From positions 1 through 64,000 of the forward strand of contig MCFE01000508.1 of assembly GCA_002104905.1 (NCBI GenBank): a stretch of DNA of 64,000 bases, written 5' to 3'. The first letter of the stretch is position 1. Each line of letters starts with the position of its first letter. Source of the stretch: Basidiobolus meristosporus CBS 931.73. Its lineage: Eukaryota > Fungi > Basidiobolomycota. Below are positions 63,379-64,000 of the stretch, piece by piece. The notes under the pieces were generated by a model. It was not told where the DNA came from. It saw only the letters and a list, made by a program, of their open reading frames with translations, and searched no databases. Position numbers and translations under genes: made by a program.

Positions 63379-64000
63379 TGTTGTAAGAGTCTTGGAGATA
63401 TTGGAAGTGATTTGGAGAACAAGTAGATTATGTGGTTTTCACTTAATGATTTATTGAATGTAAAAGTAGTATTTATACTTTTACATGGTCTTGGCATTAC
63501 AAACACGTAGAATAGGTTAAGGAAGGTCCCAAGAACATGTGTGCAAAGTTTGGGGCTGTTTGGACAACTTTGAGAATTTTCATGTTCTGGGTACCTGGTA
63601 TTTTGGTGAAAATATTCTAAGTAAATCCCGACAAGGAATTTGGTCAGTATTCTCTAGGATTTGAAGGTGATGATCTAAGTGACTAAGTTAGGTGAATATT
63701 TAGGTGGAAAATACGAATTTTTACAACACTCCCACTCAGCTAAATGTTCATACTGACTAGTCCTAATTTTGACCTAAGATATTCAAACTTGTCTCTAGCT
63801 AATGGTTTTGTAAATATGTCTGCAATCATTTCATCTGTAGGACAGTAAACTAATCTAACTAAGTTACTCTCTATAGCTTCACGTATGAAATGATGTCTAA
63901 TATCTATGTGCTTGGTTCTAGCATGAAAAGTTGGATTTCTACCTAATTGTATACATCCTTGATTATCTTGAAATAAAGTAATAGGCGTTTTTTGACATAG
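63379..64000 (-). mobile_element. Copia family A, copy 3 (3' LTR 63379-63728, PPT, RNase H end), runs off the window
   Basis: TGTTGTAA...TTACAACA; open RNase H tail ARTKHIDIRHHFIRE...LVSMNI*; nearly identical to 1220-1843. Confidence 0.95.

Noticed and set aside
62994-63506. 170-aa ORF as a real gene
   Set aside because: Chimeric: begins in the A3 LTR and runs into the A2 pre-integrase region
1-64000. Host genes, tRNA/rRNA genes, telomeric repeats, TET/JBP cargo
   Set aside because: No supporting motifs recognised by eye; tRNAscan-SE and profile searches would be needed to exclude them formally

Overview
A gene-free, eukaryotic (probably fungal; inferred from the TE families present) stack of nested, mostly decayed transposable elements with strong CpG depletion. 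The oldest layer is several broken copies of a CACTA/EnSpm-like (tnp2-type) DNA transposon, each carrying a divergently oriented accessory gene of unknown function. Inserted into this layer are: Ty1/copia family A (3 copies); a non-autonomous copia derivative C; three Ty3/gypsy families (B with 1071-bp LTRs and 4-bp TSDs, D with 368-bp LTRs in a tandem array, E a chromovirus); a PIF/Harbinger-superfamily (Pangu-like, ANT TSD) transposon with ~730-bp foldback MITE derivatives; and an unclassified repeat X. I found no host protein gene, rRNA, tRNA or CRISPR array. The most unusual signals are: apparent CpG-centred target choice by gypsy B; hairpin MITEs built from two left ends; a GATC-rich internal region in copia C; the conserved accessory gene of the tnp2 element; a putative self-priming PBS in chromovirus E; and a precise inversion of its RT core. 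Family letters are my labels. All alignments and counts were done by eye and no database was searched.
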